This document shows positions 20,572 to 28,655 of a DNA stretch of 64,000 bases, one piece after another. Position numbers and translations under genes: made by a program. The DNA lies in the NCBI GenBank assembly GCA_002497295.1, contig DANO01000039.1:16405-80404 (forward strand), in the 5' to 3' direction. How positions within the stretch are numbered: the stretch's first letter is position 1; the number at the start of each line of letters is the position of its first letter. Source of the stretch: Euryarchaeota archaeon UBA171. GTDB taxonomy: Archaea; Thermoplasmatota; Poseidoniia; Poseidoniales; Thalassarchaeaceae. Under the pieces are notes generated by a model that saw nothing but the letters and a program-made list of their open reading frames with translations, was not told the DNA's origin and did not search any database.

Positions 20572-21152
20572 TTGTGTGTCTGGAGGCTGAGCCTCCAGCC
20601 CTTAGACTCCTTCACTACTTTCTCAACTGCCTGAAATGATATTCCATTTTCTTCCACTGAATCTGAATCGATGTAGCACGGCTGAATGAAGTGGTGCAAG
20701 AAGCCCATCCTCAAATCATCATACATTCCCAAATCTTGTCCACAATATACAATCTTCAACTCGTCGCCCTGTCGTTGTTTGATTTTCGCATTCGGGTATA
20801 ATTGGTCCTTAGGCGAGACACATATCCAATCTATAATCGGGTCAATTTCTATTGTACCATTGGTTTCTATAGACAAATTAATTCCTTCTTTTTTCAGACT
20901 TGATCCGATAGTAGAGAGATCTTGAAGAGCAGGCTCACCACCTGTGAAAATAACTCGGTCGCAATCATAAGAGAGCACCTCGTCTATGATTGATTCAAGC
21001 TCCCGTTCTTCATATTTTAGAAAATCAGTATCGCACCATTCGCATCTTAAATTACAGTTCCCAAACCTCACGAAAACATGCGGTACACCTGCGTGGAAGC
21101 CCTCCCCCTGGACTGAATGGAAAATCTCTACGATTGGGTATGTGACTGACAC
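20553..21152 (-). CDS. queE: 7-carboxy-7-deazaguanine synthase (radical SAM)
   Basis: EIFHSVQGEG, CNLRCEWCDT, TGGEP, ETNG, SPK, LSLQTHK. Confidence 0.95.
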   Translation of the reverse strand: MSVTYPIVEIFHSVQGEGFHAGVPHVFVRFGNCNLRCEWCDTDFLKYEERELESIIDEVLSYDCDRVIFTGGEPALQDLSTIGSSLKKEGINLSIETNGTIEIDPIIDWICVSPKDQLYPNAKIKQRQGDELKIVYCGQDLGMYDDLRMGFLHHFIQPCYIDSDSVEENGISFQAVEKVVKESKGWRLSLQTHKWMGVL

Positions 21153-21161
21153 ATTATCAAC

Positions 21162-21722
21162 TCAATCTTTGATTAGCCGCATCAACTCTGAACGTGCTTC
21201 AGACCTATCAAAAAAAACCCCACGCATCGAAGAAGTAGTCATTGTAGCATTTTGCTTCTTGACGCCACGACACTGCATACAACCGTGCGAGGCTTCGATT
21301 ATCACTGCACAACCAAGTGGAGACAGATGCTCCTCCAAATCATCAGCAACGTTCTTTGTTATTCGTTCCTGATTTTGCAACCTGCGTGAATGGAGGTCTA
21401 CGATCCTCGCTAGTTTGCTGATCCCTACAATACGATCCGTTGGGATATAAGCTACATGTGCACTTCCTGTGAAGGGCTGGAGATGATGTTCGCAGGTACT
21501 ATGGAATTCGATATCCTTTAGCAGAACTATCCCGTCATATCCCTCTCCGTTGAACGTAGAGCTCAAAACTTGCTCCGAGGATTGGTGATACCCTGCGAAT
21601 ATCTCGTCCCATGAATTGATTACTCGTGAGGGCGTATCTTCAAGTCCTTCCCTGGACGGATCGTTTTCGATGTATCCCAAAAGTGTCTTTACGGCTTCCT
21701 CGGCCTCGTCCCTCGTGGTCAT
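21162..21722 (-). CDS. folE: GTP cyclohydrolase I, type IA (bacterial-type FolE)
   Basis: REGL..TP.RV, STCEHHL.PF, GISKLAR, RRLQ.QER, HGCMQCRGV. Confidence 0.96.
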   Translation of the reverse strand: MTTRDEAEEAVKTLLGYIENDPSREGLEDTPSRVINSWDEIFAGYHQSSEQVLSSTFNGEGYDGIVLLKDIEFHSTCEHHLQPFTGSAHVAYIPTDRIVGISKLARIVDLHSRRLQNQERITKNVADDLEEHLSPLGCAVIIEASHGCMQCRGVKKQNATMTTSSMRGVFFDRSEARSELMRLIKD

Positions 21723-21896
21723 TCAATCACCCCTTATGCGACCATGACGTTCATCGATCATGTCTAATTGGTCTAGCATTTTCCGGCAAGCTGTCCTCAC
21801 CGCATCTGCAACACTAACGAACTTGCCCTGCTCACCAACGTGTTTTTTGATGTCATCGAGTAAATGGCCTGGGATGTCCAAGCTTATCTTAGGCAT
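21723..21896 (-). CDS. Small ribbon-helix-helix (CopG/Arc/MetJ-like) regulator, 57 aa
   Basis: Translated by hand: MPKISLDIPGHLLDDIKKHVGEQGKFVSVADAVRTACRKMLDQLDMIDERHGRIRGD; alternating beta strand KISLDI and the F.S..DAVR.A.R.ML helix; stop abuts the folE ATG. Confidence 0.8.
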   Translation of the reverse strand: MPKISLDIPGHLLDDIKKHVGEQGKFVSVADAVRTACRKMLDQLDMIDERHGRIRGD

Positions 21897-21909
21897 GTCT
21901 ACGCCTAGA

Positions 21910-21953
21910 TAGTATTCTTCAAGTATCTTTCTAGTAATACTCGAAGAATACTA
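21910..21953. promoter_or_regulatory. 17-bp inverted repeat (1 mismatch, 10-bp spacer); putative RHH operator
   Basis: tagtattcttcaagtat (21910-21926) / atactcgaagaatacta (21937-21953), immediately upstream of the RHH start codon. Confidence 0.6.
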
Positions 21954-22211
21954 ACTTGATATTGCATGGATCCTTTCAACCATGGATTCGACGTGGATTC
22001 GAATTTCTTCCGAGGAGGCCCCGTTTTCGATCATTGCTATAATGACATCTAATCCCCCCTCTATTTTCCCCGAGGAGAGGAATTCGTCATTTGTGATATT
22101 TCCTGAATCCCTGGCACTCACAAGACGGTCGGAAATCGTATTTCTGAGTAATTTAACCTCGTCAATGTCCATTGGCTCCTTGACAACAGCATCTACTATG
22201 TCTGCAAGCAT
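21951..22211 (-). CDS. Hypothetical protein, 86 aa
   Basis: ATG-started ORF filling the gap, co-oriented with its neighbours. Confidence 0.65.
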   Translation of the reverse strand: MLADIVDAVVKEPMDIDEVKLLRNTISDRLVSARDSGNITNDEFLSSGKIEGGLDVIIAMIENGASSEEIRIHVESMVERIHAISS

Positions 22212-22236
22212 GTCAAGGGCCTTACATTATCCCTTT

Positions 22237-22650
22237 TCATGGTTCCTTCTGAACCAGTTCGACCAGCACCCCGCCAGTACTGGAGGGGTGTATGAAAGAT
22301 ATCATCGCACCCCCTGCTCCCTGCATGGGCTCTTCATTGATCAATCTGATATTATTGGAATTCAAGATTTCGAGCAGGCCTGTGAGGTCGTCAGTTGCGA
22401 GGGCCACCTGCTGGACTCCTGCCCCTCTCTTGGAGATGAATCGTCCAACAGGAGTATCCTCTGTAATAGGCTCAAGGAGTTCTAATCTTGGTTGAGGAGC
22501 ATCTTTACCTTGCATGAATCGTATCTTTACCCCTTGCTGGACATTCTCTTCTTGACCAGTCTCATAGAATCCCAAGAGCCTCCAGAATTTCTCAGATTCC
22601 TCGTTTGATTCACAGGCAATTCCAATGTGATCAAACCATACTCCAGGCAT
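22237..22650 (-). CDS. mce: Methylmalonyl-CoA epimerase (VOC family)
   Basis: DHIGIA, LELLEP, F.HP..TGGVLVELVQ; adjacent to the mutase. Confidence 0.92.
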   Translation of the reverse strand: MPGVWFDHIGIACESNEESEKFWRLLGFYETGQEENVQQGVKIRFMQGKDAPQPRLELLEPITEDTPVGRFISKRGAGVQQVALATDDLTGLLEILNSNNIRLINEEPMQGAGGAMISFIHPSSTGGVLVELVQKEP

Positions 22651-24156
22651 CTATATCCCTCCAGGGGCTGTCCATGTTCCAAGCTCTTCACGTAGTATTC
22701 CGCATATCTCCCCAATTGTCGCACCCGACTTACAGGCTACTCTTATCGGATCAATGAGGTTCATGTCTGAACTTACCGCTAATCTAAGCGCCTCAAGTGC
22801 ATTCTCGAAGTTTGTGCTATCCCTCGTGCTTCTATGATTAGATAGTTTGGATATTTGTCGTTCAATCGCTTCATCGTTAATGACTTGTCCAGCTGGGTAT
22901 TTGCCTTCTTCCTCCACGTGTAGATTCACTCCTACGACCCTCTGCAGATCATCTTCCAACTCATTCTGCTGTATCCATGCACTCTCATGGATCATCCTAG
23001 TCTGTATTCCTGCTTTTACAGCTTCAACAGATCCGCCATGCCTGTCTATCGATTCGATTACATTCCGTGCCTCTGCGATAATATTCGAAGTAATTTCTTC
23101 AATTAGTGGCGCACCGCCAAGAGGGTCTACGTGATCAACTACACCGATCTCATGGGCTATGATCTGCTGAGTTCTGAGCGCTACTTTAGCGGATTCTTCA
23201 GTGGGAAGTCCAAGAGCCTCGTCATATCCATTCGTATGGAGCGATTGTGTTCCCCCAAGTACAGAAGCTAGTGCCTGATATGCCACTCGCACTATGTTAT
23301 TCGTAGATTGTTGGGCTGTTAGGGTGACTCCAGCTGTTTGTGTATGGAATCTCATTCTACCACATCTGACATCGTCAAAATCATATCTTTCATTCATAAT
23401 CTGATACCACAGGGTACGCGCAGCGCGGAATTTGCATATTTCCTCTAGGAAATCACGATGACACCCGAAAAAGAATGAGATTCTGGGTGCGAATGTATCT
23501 AGGTTGAGTCCCCGTTCCCTGGCTGCCTCTATGTATGCAAGGGCATTTGAAATAGTCAAACCGACCTCCTGTGCCGCTGTAGAGCCGGCTTCTCGTATGT
23601 GGTAGCCACTTACAGATATTGGATTCCATTTGGGGGCGTTTTCAGAGCACCACTCAATAATGTCTACCGTAAGCCTCATCGATTCCTCAGGGGGATGGAT
23701 GTGGAGTCCTCTTGCCATGTACTCTTTCAAAACATCATTCTGGACAGTACCAGATATCTGAGAGAGGTCTGCTCCTTGCTCCTCAGCAACCACTGAGTAC
23801 ATTGCAAGGAGGACTGCTGCAGGCGCGTTAATTGTCATGGACGTGCTAACATCAGATAATTCGATACCTTCGAAAAGTGATCTCATATCTGAAATTGAAT
23901 CTATCGGAACACCGACTCTTCCAACTTCCCCTATGGAGTGATCATCATCGGAATCAAAGCCGAGTTGTGTGGGGAGGTCGAATGCAACGGATAACCCAGA
24001 CTGTCCTGATCTAAGGAGTGATTTGAATCGTCTATTCGTGGATACTGGATCGGAAAATCCCGCATATTGGCGCATTGTCCATATTCTGTCCCTGTACATT
24101 CCTTCATGTATCCCTCTAGTGAAGGGAGGGCTTCCAGCTGAAGGAGGGGGATCCAC
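22651..24156 (-). CDS. Methylmalonyl-CoA mutase, substrate-binding (N-terminal) subunit
   Basis: WTMRQYAGF, GLSVAFDLPTQ, SGYHIREAG, GGTQSLHTN.YDEAL; no B12-binding domain. Confidence 0.93.
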   Translation of the reverse strand: MDPPPSAGSPPFTRGIHEGMYRDRIWTMRQYAGFSDPVSTNRRFKSLLRSGQSGLSVAFDLPTQLGFDSDDDHSIGEVGRVGVPIDSISDMRSLFEGIELSDVSTSMTINAPAAVLLAMYSVVAEEQGADLSQISGTVQNDVLKEYMARGLHIHPPEESMRLTVDIIEWCSENAPKWNPISVSGYHIREAGSTAAQEVGLTISNALAYIEAARERGLNLDTFAPRISFFFGCHRDFLEEICKFRAARTLWYQIMNERYDFDDVRCGRMRFHTQTAGVTLTAQQSTNNIVRVAYQALASVLGGTQSLHTNGYDEALGLPTEESAKVALRTQQIIAHEIGVVDHVDPLGGAPLIEEITSNIIAEARNVIESIDRHGGSVEAVKAGIQTRMIHESAWIQQNELEDDLQRVVGVNLHVEEEGKYPAGQVINDEAIERQISKLSNHRSTRDSTNFENALEALRLAVSSDMNLIDPIRVACKSGATIGEICGILREELGTWTAPGGI

Positions 24157-24190
24157 GCTTATCTGACACCTGTATAGTGTTTCAAGTCGT

Positions 24191-24922
24191 TCATCTTCGG
24201 ACAGTGTAGTTGTCGATAAGTCGAATCAAACGAGCTGCCTGATCATCATTTATTGCTCCCTCAGAGACCTTAGAGGCGACAAATGCCTTGGCCTCGTCAG
24301 CTGTCTGACGCTCGCCTTTAGCCCAAACGGACCCGATTATTGACGATCTGTGCTCTTCAACAACGGATATTTCCTGTAGCAGTCCCTTCATTTCGTACTT
24401 ATATTCCATATGCCTGGCTCTATCAAGCCTTTTCTCTCTGGCAGCAGGCTGGTAAGTCTTATTTCTCCCACGTCCCCCTTTCCTCCTCTTGGGTTTGGCC
24501 GATGGTGCAGGGGTTGGAGGTCTTCTTGGAACATTTTTAGCAGCCTCGGAACGTTCCTTTGCCCTTGCTAGAGCCTGCTGGACCTCTATGTCAATTGCAC
24601 TTTCATCTTCCGTCTTCTCCTGTTCTCCAGATTCGAGAGAAGGCTCTTCTGTCTTCAGCCCGGAGGATTTCCTTCTAGGTACGCCTAGAATCTGAGATTC
24701 TACAACTTCTATTTGTTCAGCCTCTATTGAGGCGTCCTCTTTCTTAGATTTTGATATTGCTTTAGCAGGCTTATTTTCGGAGGGAGACTCTGGCCTAGGT
24801 GAACTAATCAGAGGTTTTTTGATTGGTGCGGGTGCAGGAACAGGCCTCTTCGTTTTCTTCGGCTTCTGACCGCCGGAGAACACGTTCGCGGGTGCTGCTT
24901 TTGGCTTCCTTCTCCTCTGCAC
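24191..24922 (-). CDS. Hypothetical protein: Lys/Pro/Glu-rich disordered N-terminus and helical C-terminal domain
   Basis: 243-aa ORF co-oriented with kae1 and the mutase. Confidence 0.7.
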   Translation of the reverse strand: MQRRRKPKAAPANVFSGGQKPKKTKRPVPAPAPIKKPLISSPRPESPSENKPAKAISKSKKEDASIEAEQIEVVESQILGVPRRKSSGLKTEEPSLESGEQEKTEDESAIDIEVQQALARAKERSEAAKNVPRRPPTPAPSAKPKRRKGGRGRNKTYQPAAREKRLDRARHMEYKYEMKGLLQEISVVEEHRSSIIGSVWAKGERQTADEAKAFVASKVSEGAINDDQAARLIRLIDNYTVRR

Positions 24923-24976
24923 TTCGTAATCGACCAGCCTTTGGGCTCAGAGGTGTCCGAATAAGTATATGGTATG

Positions 24977-25981
24977 CTAAGACCATATGACGGGGGTCAT
25001 ATCAGTTCTAAGGGATGGGTCGATTGCACTATTTGTCATAATAGTCTCTATACCTGAGTCCAGCATCCTCCTACCCAATTCCGCTATCATGGTTCCATTA
25101 TCTACGCATAATGGCCTTTCTGGCCAGTATGCCTCCCCTCCACGCTCTTGGGCCATTATGGAGGTCATTGTTCGAATTCTCTGATTGCATGCGACACCCC
25201 CGCCAAGTAGAATTTCTGATTTACCAGTCAGAGCCATTGCCCTCTCGCCAACCTCAACACAACTCGCGAAAGACACTTCTTGTAATGAATGGCATACAAG
25301 TCCGGGGTCCTCTCCCCGTTCTGCGTGTGCGATTGCAGCGCCTAATATGCCACTAAATGCCATGTCTGTTCCATGTACCGCGTATGGTAGATCTAAAAGA
25401 TGTTCAGATCCATTTTCTTGTATGAATCTGGATGCCTTTCGCTCTATCTCCGGACCACCAGGAAAGGGTATTCCAATAGATCTTCCAAATTTATCCAGCA
25501 TGTTCCCTATTCCAATGTCCAATGTTTCTCCGAGTACCCTGTAGCGACCTGATGCACGAGCGATAACTTGGGTATTTCCACCGCTTACATACAGCAATAT
25601 GGGATCGTCACAGCCAGTCATTCTTCGTCCAATCTCGATATGGGCAACACAGTGATTCACTCCAACAAGAGGGACGTCTAGGGCCATAGACATTGATCTC
25701 GCAACGGCCCCGCCGACTCTCAAACAAGGACCTAAACCGGGGCCCTGGCTAAATGCAATTGCATCGATATCGTCCTTGTTGGCCCCCCAGTTTCCCATTG
25801 CAGTTCTGAGGAGGTCCCCTGCAGACTGCACATGATGGTCTGCCGCCTCTCTTGGATGTATGCCCCCCTCTTCGGGCCTGTATAGCGACGAGGAAGATGG
25901 AAGCACATCAGATCCATCACTAGATACCGCCCCGAAAGAGAATGTATGGGCAGTACTCTCGATGCCGATGATCAGTCCCAC
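24977..25981 (-). CDS. kae1: t6A tRNA threonylcarbamoyltransferase Kae1
   Basis: GIESTAH, GGIHPREAADHH, GPGLGPCL, NHCVAHIE, ETLDIG.GN..D, DNG.MIA. Confidence 0.96.
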   Translation of the reverse strand: MGLIIGIESTAHTFSFGAVSSDGSDVLPSSSSLYRPEEGGIHPREAADHHVQSAGDLLRTAMGNWGANKDDIDAIAFSQGPGLGPCLRVGGAVARSMSMALDVPLVGVNHCVAHIEIGRRMTGCDDPILLYVSGGNTQVIARASGRYRVLGETLDIGIGNMLDKFGRSIGIPFPGGPEIERKASRFIQENGSEHLLDLPYAVHGTDMAFSGILGAAIAHAERGEDPGLVCHSLQEVSFASCVEVGERAMALTGKSEILLGGGVACNQRIRTMTSIMAQERGGEAYWPERPLCVDNGTMIAELGRRMLDSGIETIMTNSAIDPSLRTDMTPVIWS

Positions 25982-26046
25982 GGTCCTTGGGAAAGGCTTC
26001 TAGATTCAAAATTACGGGTCACAACGATATGGATTGCCTCATCTCG

Positions 26047-27300
26047 ATGGCCATGGCACGTAATGTTCTGCTACATGGTTCAGGGCCAGTTGTAACCTTG
26101 GATTCAGGGGATACATCAGAACCCCTCAGGGGGCATGAAATGTCTGACAAAGGGGCTTTGATCAGACAAAGTGGGACTGAGATACTAATCATAGACGGGA
26201 TAGTATCGGACATCCAGTCTGCGGGCAGTATAACTTGCGAATGGGAGGGGTCTAGCGATATTGAACTGATTGACGCAGAAGGACGATGCTTAGTACCGTC
26301 TTTTGTGGATTCTCACACGCATCTAGCATGGACGGGAGATAGAAGTAATGAGGTGTCTTTGCGCTATCAGGGCATGTCTTACTCTGATATCGCTGAATCC
26401 GGCGGTGGCATACGGAGTACGGTGCAGTCAACAAGAAGATCTAGTGATGTGGAGTTACGCCAATCCATAAAATCAAGGATAGATCAAGCCAAGACACTCG
26501 GAACCGCAAGGATGGAGGCAAAATCTGGATACGGATTGGACGTTGAAACCGAAATTCGATCTCTTATGGAGATAAAATCGATAGCCGAATCTAGTTCTAT
26601 GCCAGTTGAAACTACGTGGTTAGGTGCACATGACTTTCCTGCGGATAAATCGAAATCAGAATACATGACTGAGCTTATCGAACAACAACTTCCAGCTGTC
26701 ATCGAGAATGAACTGGCCTCTTTCGCAGATGTTTTCTGCGAACCGGGCTGGTTCTCCCTTGAGGATACCGAACAAATTTGCACAGCAGCAAAGGACGGAG
26801 GATTAGGAATTAGGCTCCATGTGGACGAGTTTGTCGATGGAGGCGGTTTGGAGCTCGCTACAGAAATGGGTGCCGTCAGCGCGGATCATGTTGCAAAATC
26901 CAACATCGAATCCCGCCGTGCTGCCGATGAAGCAGGAGTTATGCAGACCTTCCTTCCAGGAACGCCCTATGCGCTGGGGAAAGATTTGGATTTACCATTG
27001 AAGGAATGTTATGATTCTGAATATGCATTTTCCATGGCTACAGACTACAACCCGAACTGCCCATCGCTCTCTCTTCCGTTTGTTGGAAGCCTCGCAGTTC
27101 ACCGTATGGGCTTAGATCCGTTGGCTTCATTGGTGGCTGTTACTAGGAATCCAGCAACAACAATGGGGCAACTAGGAAATGAGCATAGAGGGACGATTGA
27201 AATCGGAATGAAGAGTTCTATATTGATGATGAATTCTAAAAATCCAGAGTCATGGATTTCTTCTTTCGGATCCATGAATAACTTTTCTATGATTAATTAA
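26047..27300 (+). CDS. hutI: Imidazolonepropionase
   Basis: DSHTH, GGGI.STV..TR, EAKSGYGL, LGAH, DVFCE, LHVDE, ATDYNP. Confidence 0.93.
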   Translation: MAMARNVLLHGSGPVVTLDSGDTSEPLRGHEMSDKGALIRQSGTEILIIDGIVSDIQSAGSITCEWEGSSDIELIDAEGRCLVPSFVDSHTHLAWTGDRSNEVSLRYQGMSYSDIAESGGGIRSTVQSTRRSSDVELRQSIKSRIDQAKTLGTARMEAKSGYGLDVETEIRSLMEIKSIAESSSMPVETTWLGAHDFPADKSKSEYMTELIEQQLPAVIENELASFADVFCEPGWFSLEDTEQICTAAKDGGLGIRLHVDEFVDGGGLELATEMGAVSADHVAKSNIESRRAADEAGVMQTFLPGTPYALGKDLDLPLKECYDSEYAFSMATDYNPNCPSLSLPFVGSLAVHRMGLDPLASLVAVTRNPATTMGQLGNEHRGTIEIGMKSSILMMNSKNPESWISSFGSMNNFSMIN

Positions 27301-27604
27301 AATACATAGGTATGTATCTGTATCTTATTAGTTATAGTATTGTTTCAACATAATGTAGTCTTTCAATTTATGTCAAACAGGTTACAATAATTCTTCAGAT
27401 CTAATAATTCTGTTTCGCAGGATAGTTATTCGGAAGGATCGATTAACAAATTATGGGCCGATAATGCACATTATCAGACCAAAATTACTAGCGCCCCACA
27501 TCAATAAGAGCGCAGTGCATCGTTTTTTCAATATATACAAAAAACTGGTAAAAACCCCCTTATTGTACGTGCAAATGAAATAATTCATCCAACTCGCTTC
27601 GTAC

Positions 27605-27754
27605 ATGGTAGAACGTGCATTCTGCATGAGGTGTAAACAGGATGTGAACGTCTCAAATGGAAAGATCGTAGTTATGGGCAATGGGAGAAAAAGACTCTCG
27701 GGCATCTGTGATATAGAGGGCTGTGAAGCCAAATTGTCTAAGATAATAGCTTAA
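27605..27754 (+). CDS. Small basic Zn-ribbon protein, DUF5679-like, 49 aa
   Basis: Translated by hand: MVERAFCMRCKQDVNVSNGKIVVMGNGRKRLSGICDIEGCEAKLSKIIA. Confidence 0.75.
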   Translation: MVERAFCMRCKQDVNVSNGKIVVMGNGRKRLSGICDIEGCEAKLSKIIA

Positions 27755-27813
27755 TGTGTTTTTCATTATCTTCAGAATCCTTCATCAGTGAGTGGTTACT
27801 GGCCTCATAAGTA

Positions 27814-27889
27814 GGGCTCGTGGTCTAGGGGTTATGACGTCGCCTTGACATGGCGAAGATCGCAGGTTCAATTCCTGCCGAGCCCACCA
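27814..27889 (+). tRNA. tRNA-Val(GAC), no intron, encoded CCA
   Basis: GGGCTCG/CGAGCCC acceptor stem; TCGCC-TTGACAT-GGCGA anticodon arm; GCAGG-TTCAATT-CCTGC T arm; ACCA end. Confidence 0.97.
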
Positions 27890-27930
27890 ATAGAATTTAT
27901 ACTAATTATATTAATTATTCATAATTCTAT
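27890..27930. terminator. AT-rich imperfect palindrome between convergent tRNA-Val and alaX; possible bidirectional terminator
   Basis: atagaatttat..ataattctat arms around an almost purely A/T core. Confidence 0.35.
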
Positions 27931-28655
27931 ATTTCGAAGTAGATTCGAAAGGTCCCCTTCCCCTTGTTCTGAACTCTTCCTATCGTTATGTTTCCAATCG
28001 ATGATGTCGAGGAGAGGTGAGTGCCCGCGCAAGGACATAAGTCGATACCTTCTATCTCAACCATTCTCAATATTGGGTCGCTGCCGCCTATTCTATCGAT
28101 AATCCTCTCTACGAATCTTCTATTCCTAACTCGATCGTCGGACATGATCTGTTTACGGCTCCATTCGTGAATCATAATTTCAGCATCCTTGTTTACCCAA
28201 TGATTGGCATCTTCCACTAACATATTCACATCAAAGTCATCTCTATTTTCGAATTTAAGATCCATTCTACTTTCACTCTCTCCAAGCTGATTCCCAACTG
28301 TTATGGCCCCCCATCTCTCATTTGCAGTAGCAGAGACGATATGCGCTGCACTATGCATCGAAGTAAGTGCATTCCTCCGTTCAACATCTATCACGCAATC
28401 GACCTCTTGTCCAACCTGTAGAATATCACCAGAAACAGGATGGATTATGTGTGATGACGCGGAAACCTCCCCGAACCGAAATTCTTCACCATCAGATAGG
28501 AAGATCCCTGTGTCTCCCGGCTGCCCCCCTCCTTTGGGATAGCACCAAGAGTCGGAGAGAATTACCCCCTCGTCTGTAACAGACTCGACGATTGCCTTGA
28601 ATGGTGCTGGATTTATTCCAGGATGATGTTCTAAATGCCTCCTAGTTAGGGCCAT
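27927..28655 (-). CDS. alaX: AlaX-type trans-editing protein (alanyl-tRNA editing)
   Basis: YPKGGGQPGDTG, HSAAH and CPCAGTH zinc motifs, KGK..R. Confidence 0.9.
   Translation of the reverse strand: MALTRRHLEHHPGINPAPFKAIVESVTDEGVILSDSWCYPKGGGQPGDTGIFLSDGEEFRFGEVSASSHIIHPVSGDILQVGQEVDCVIDVERRNALTSMHSAAHIVSATANERWGAITVGNQLGESESRMDLKFENRDDFDVNMLVEDANHWVNKDAEIMIHEWSRKQIMSDDRVRNRRFVERIIDRIGGSDPILRMVEIEGIDLCPCAGTHLSSTSSIGNITIGRVQNKGKGTFRIYFEI

Noticed and set aside
18932..21722. que genes as an anti-phage or DNA-modification system (Dpd, QatABCD)
   Set aside because: No dpdA/TGT-like, ATPase, TatD or nuclease genes are adjacent; the gene set is the plain preQ0 pathway.
21897..21960. preQ1 riboswitch upstream of the que operon
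   Set aside because: No preQ1-I consensus (AGAGGUUCUAG..CCCUC with A-rich tail) is recognisable; the element is a DNA palindrome with repeated boxes.
27451..27732. 93-aa minus-strand ORF, and the 27845-28102 ORF across the tRNA
   Set aside because: They conflict with the better-supported 49-aa Zn-ribbon gene, the tRNA and alaX, and have no motifs.
27301..27930. Integrated element or replication origin at tRNA-Val
   Set aside because: No integrase, no duplicated tRNA 3' end seen, no cdc6, and only one weak ORB-like match; kept only as a low-confidence remark.
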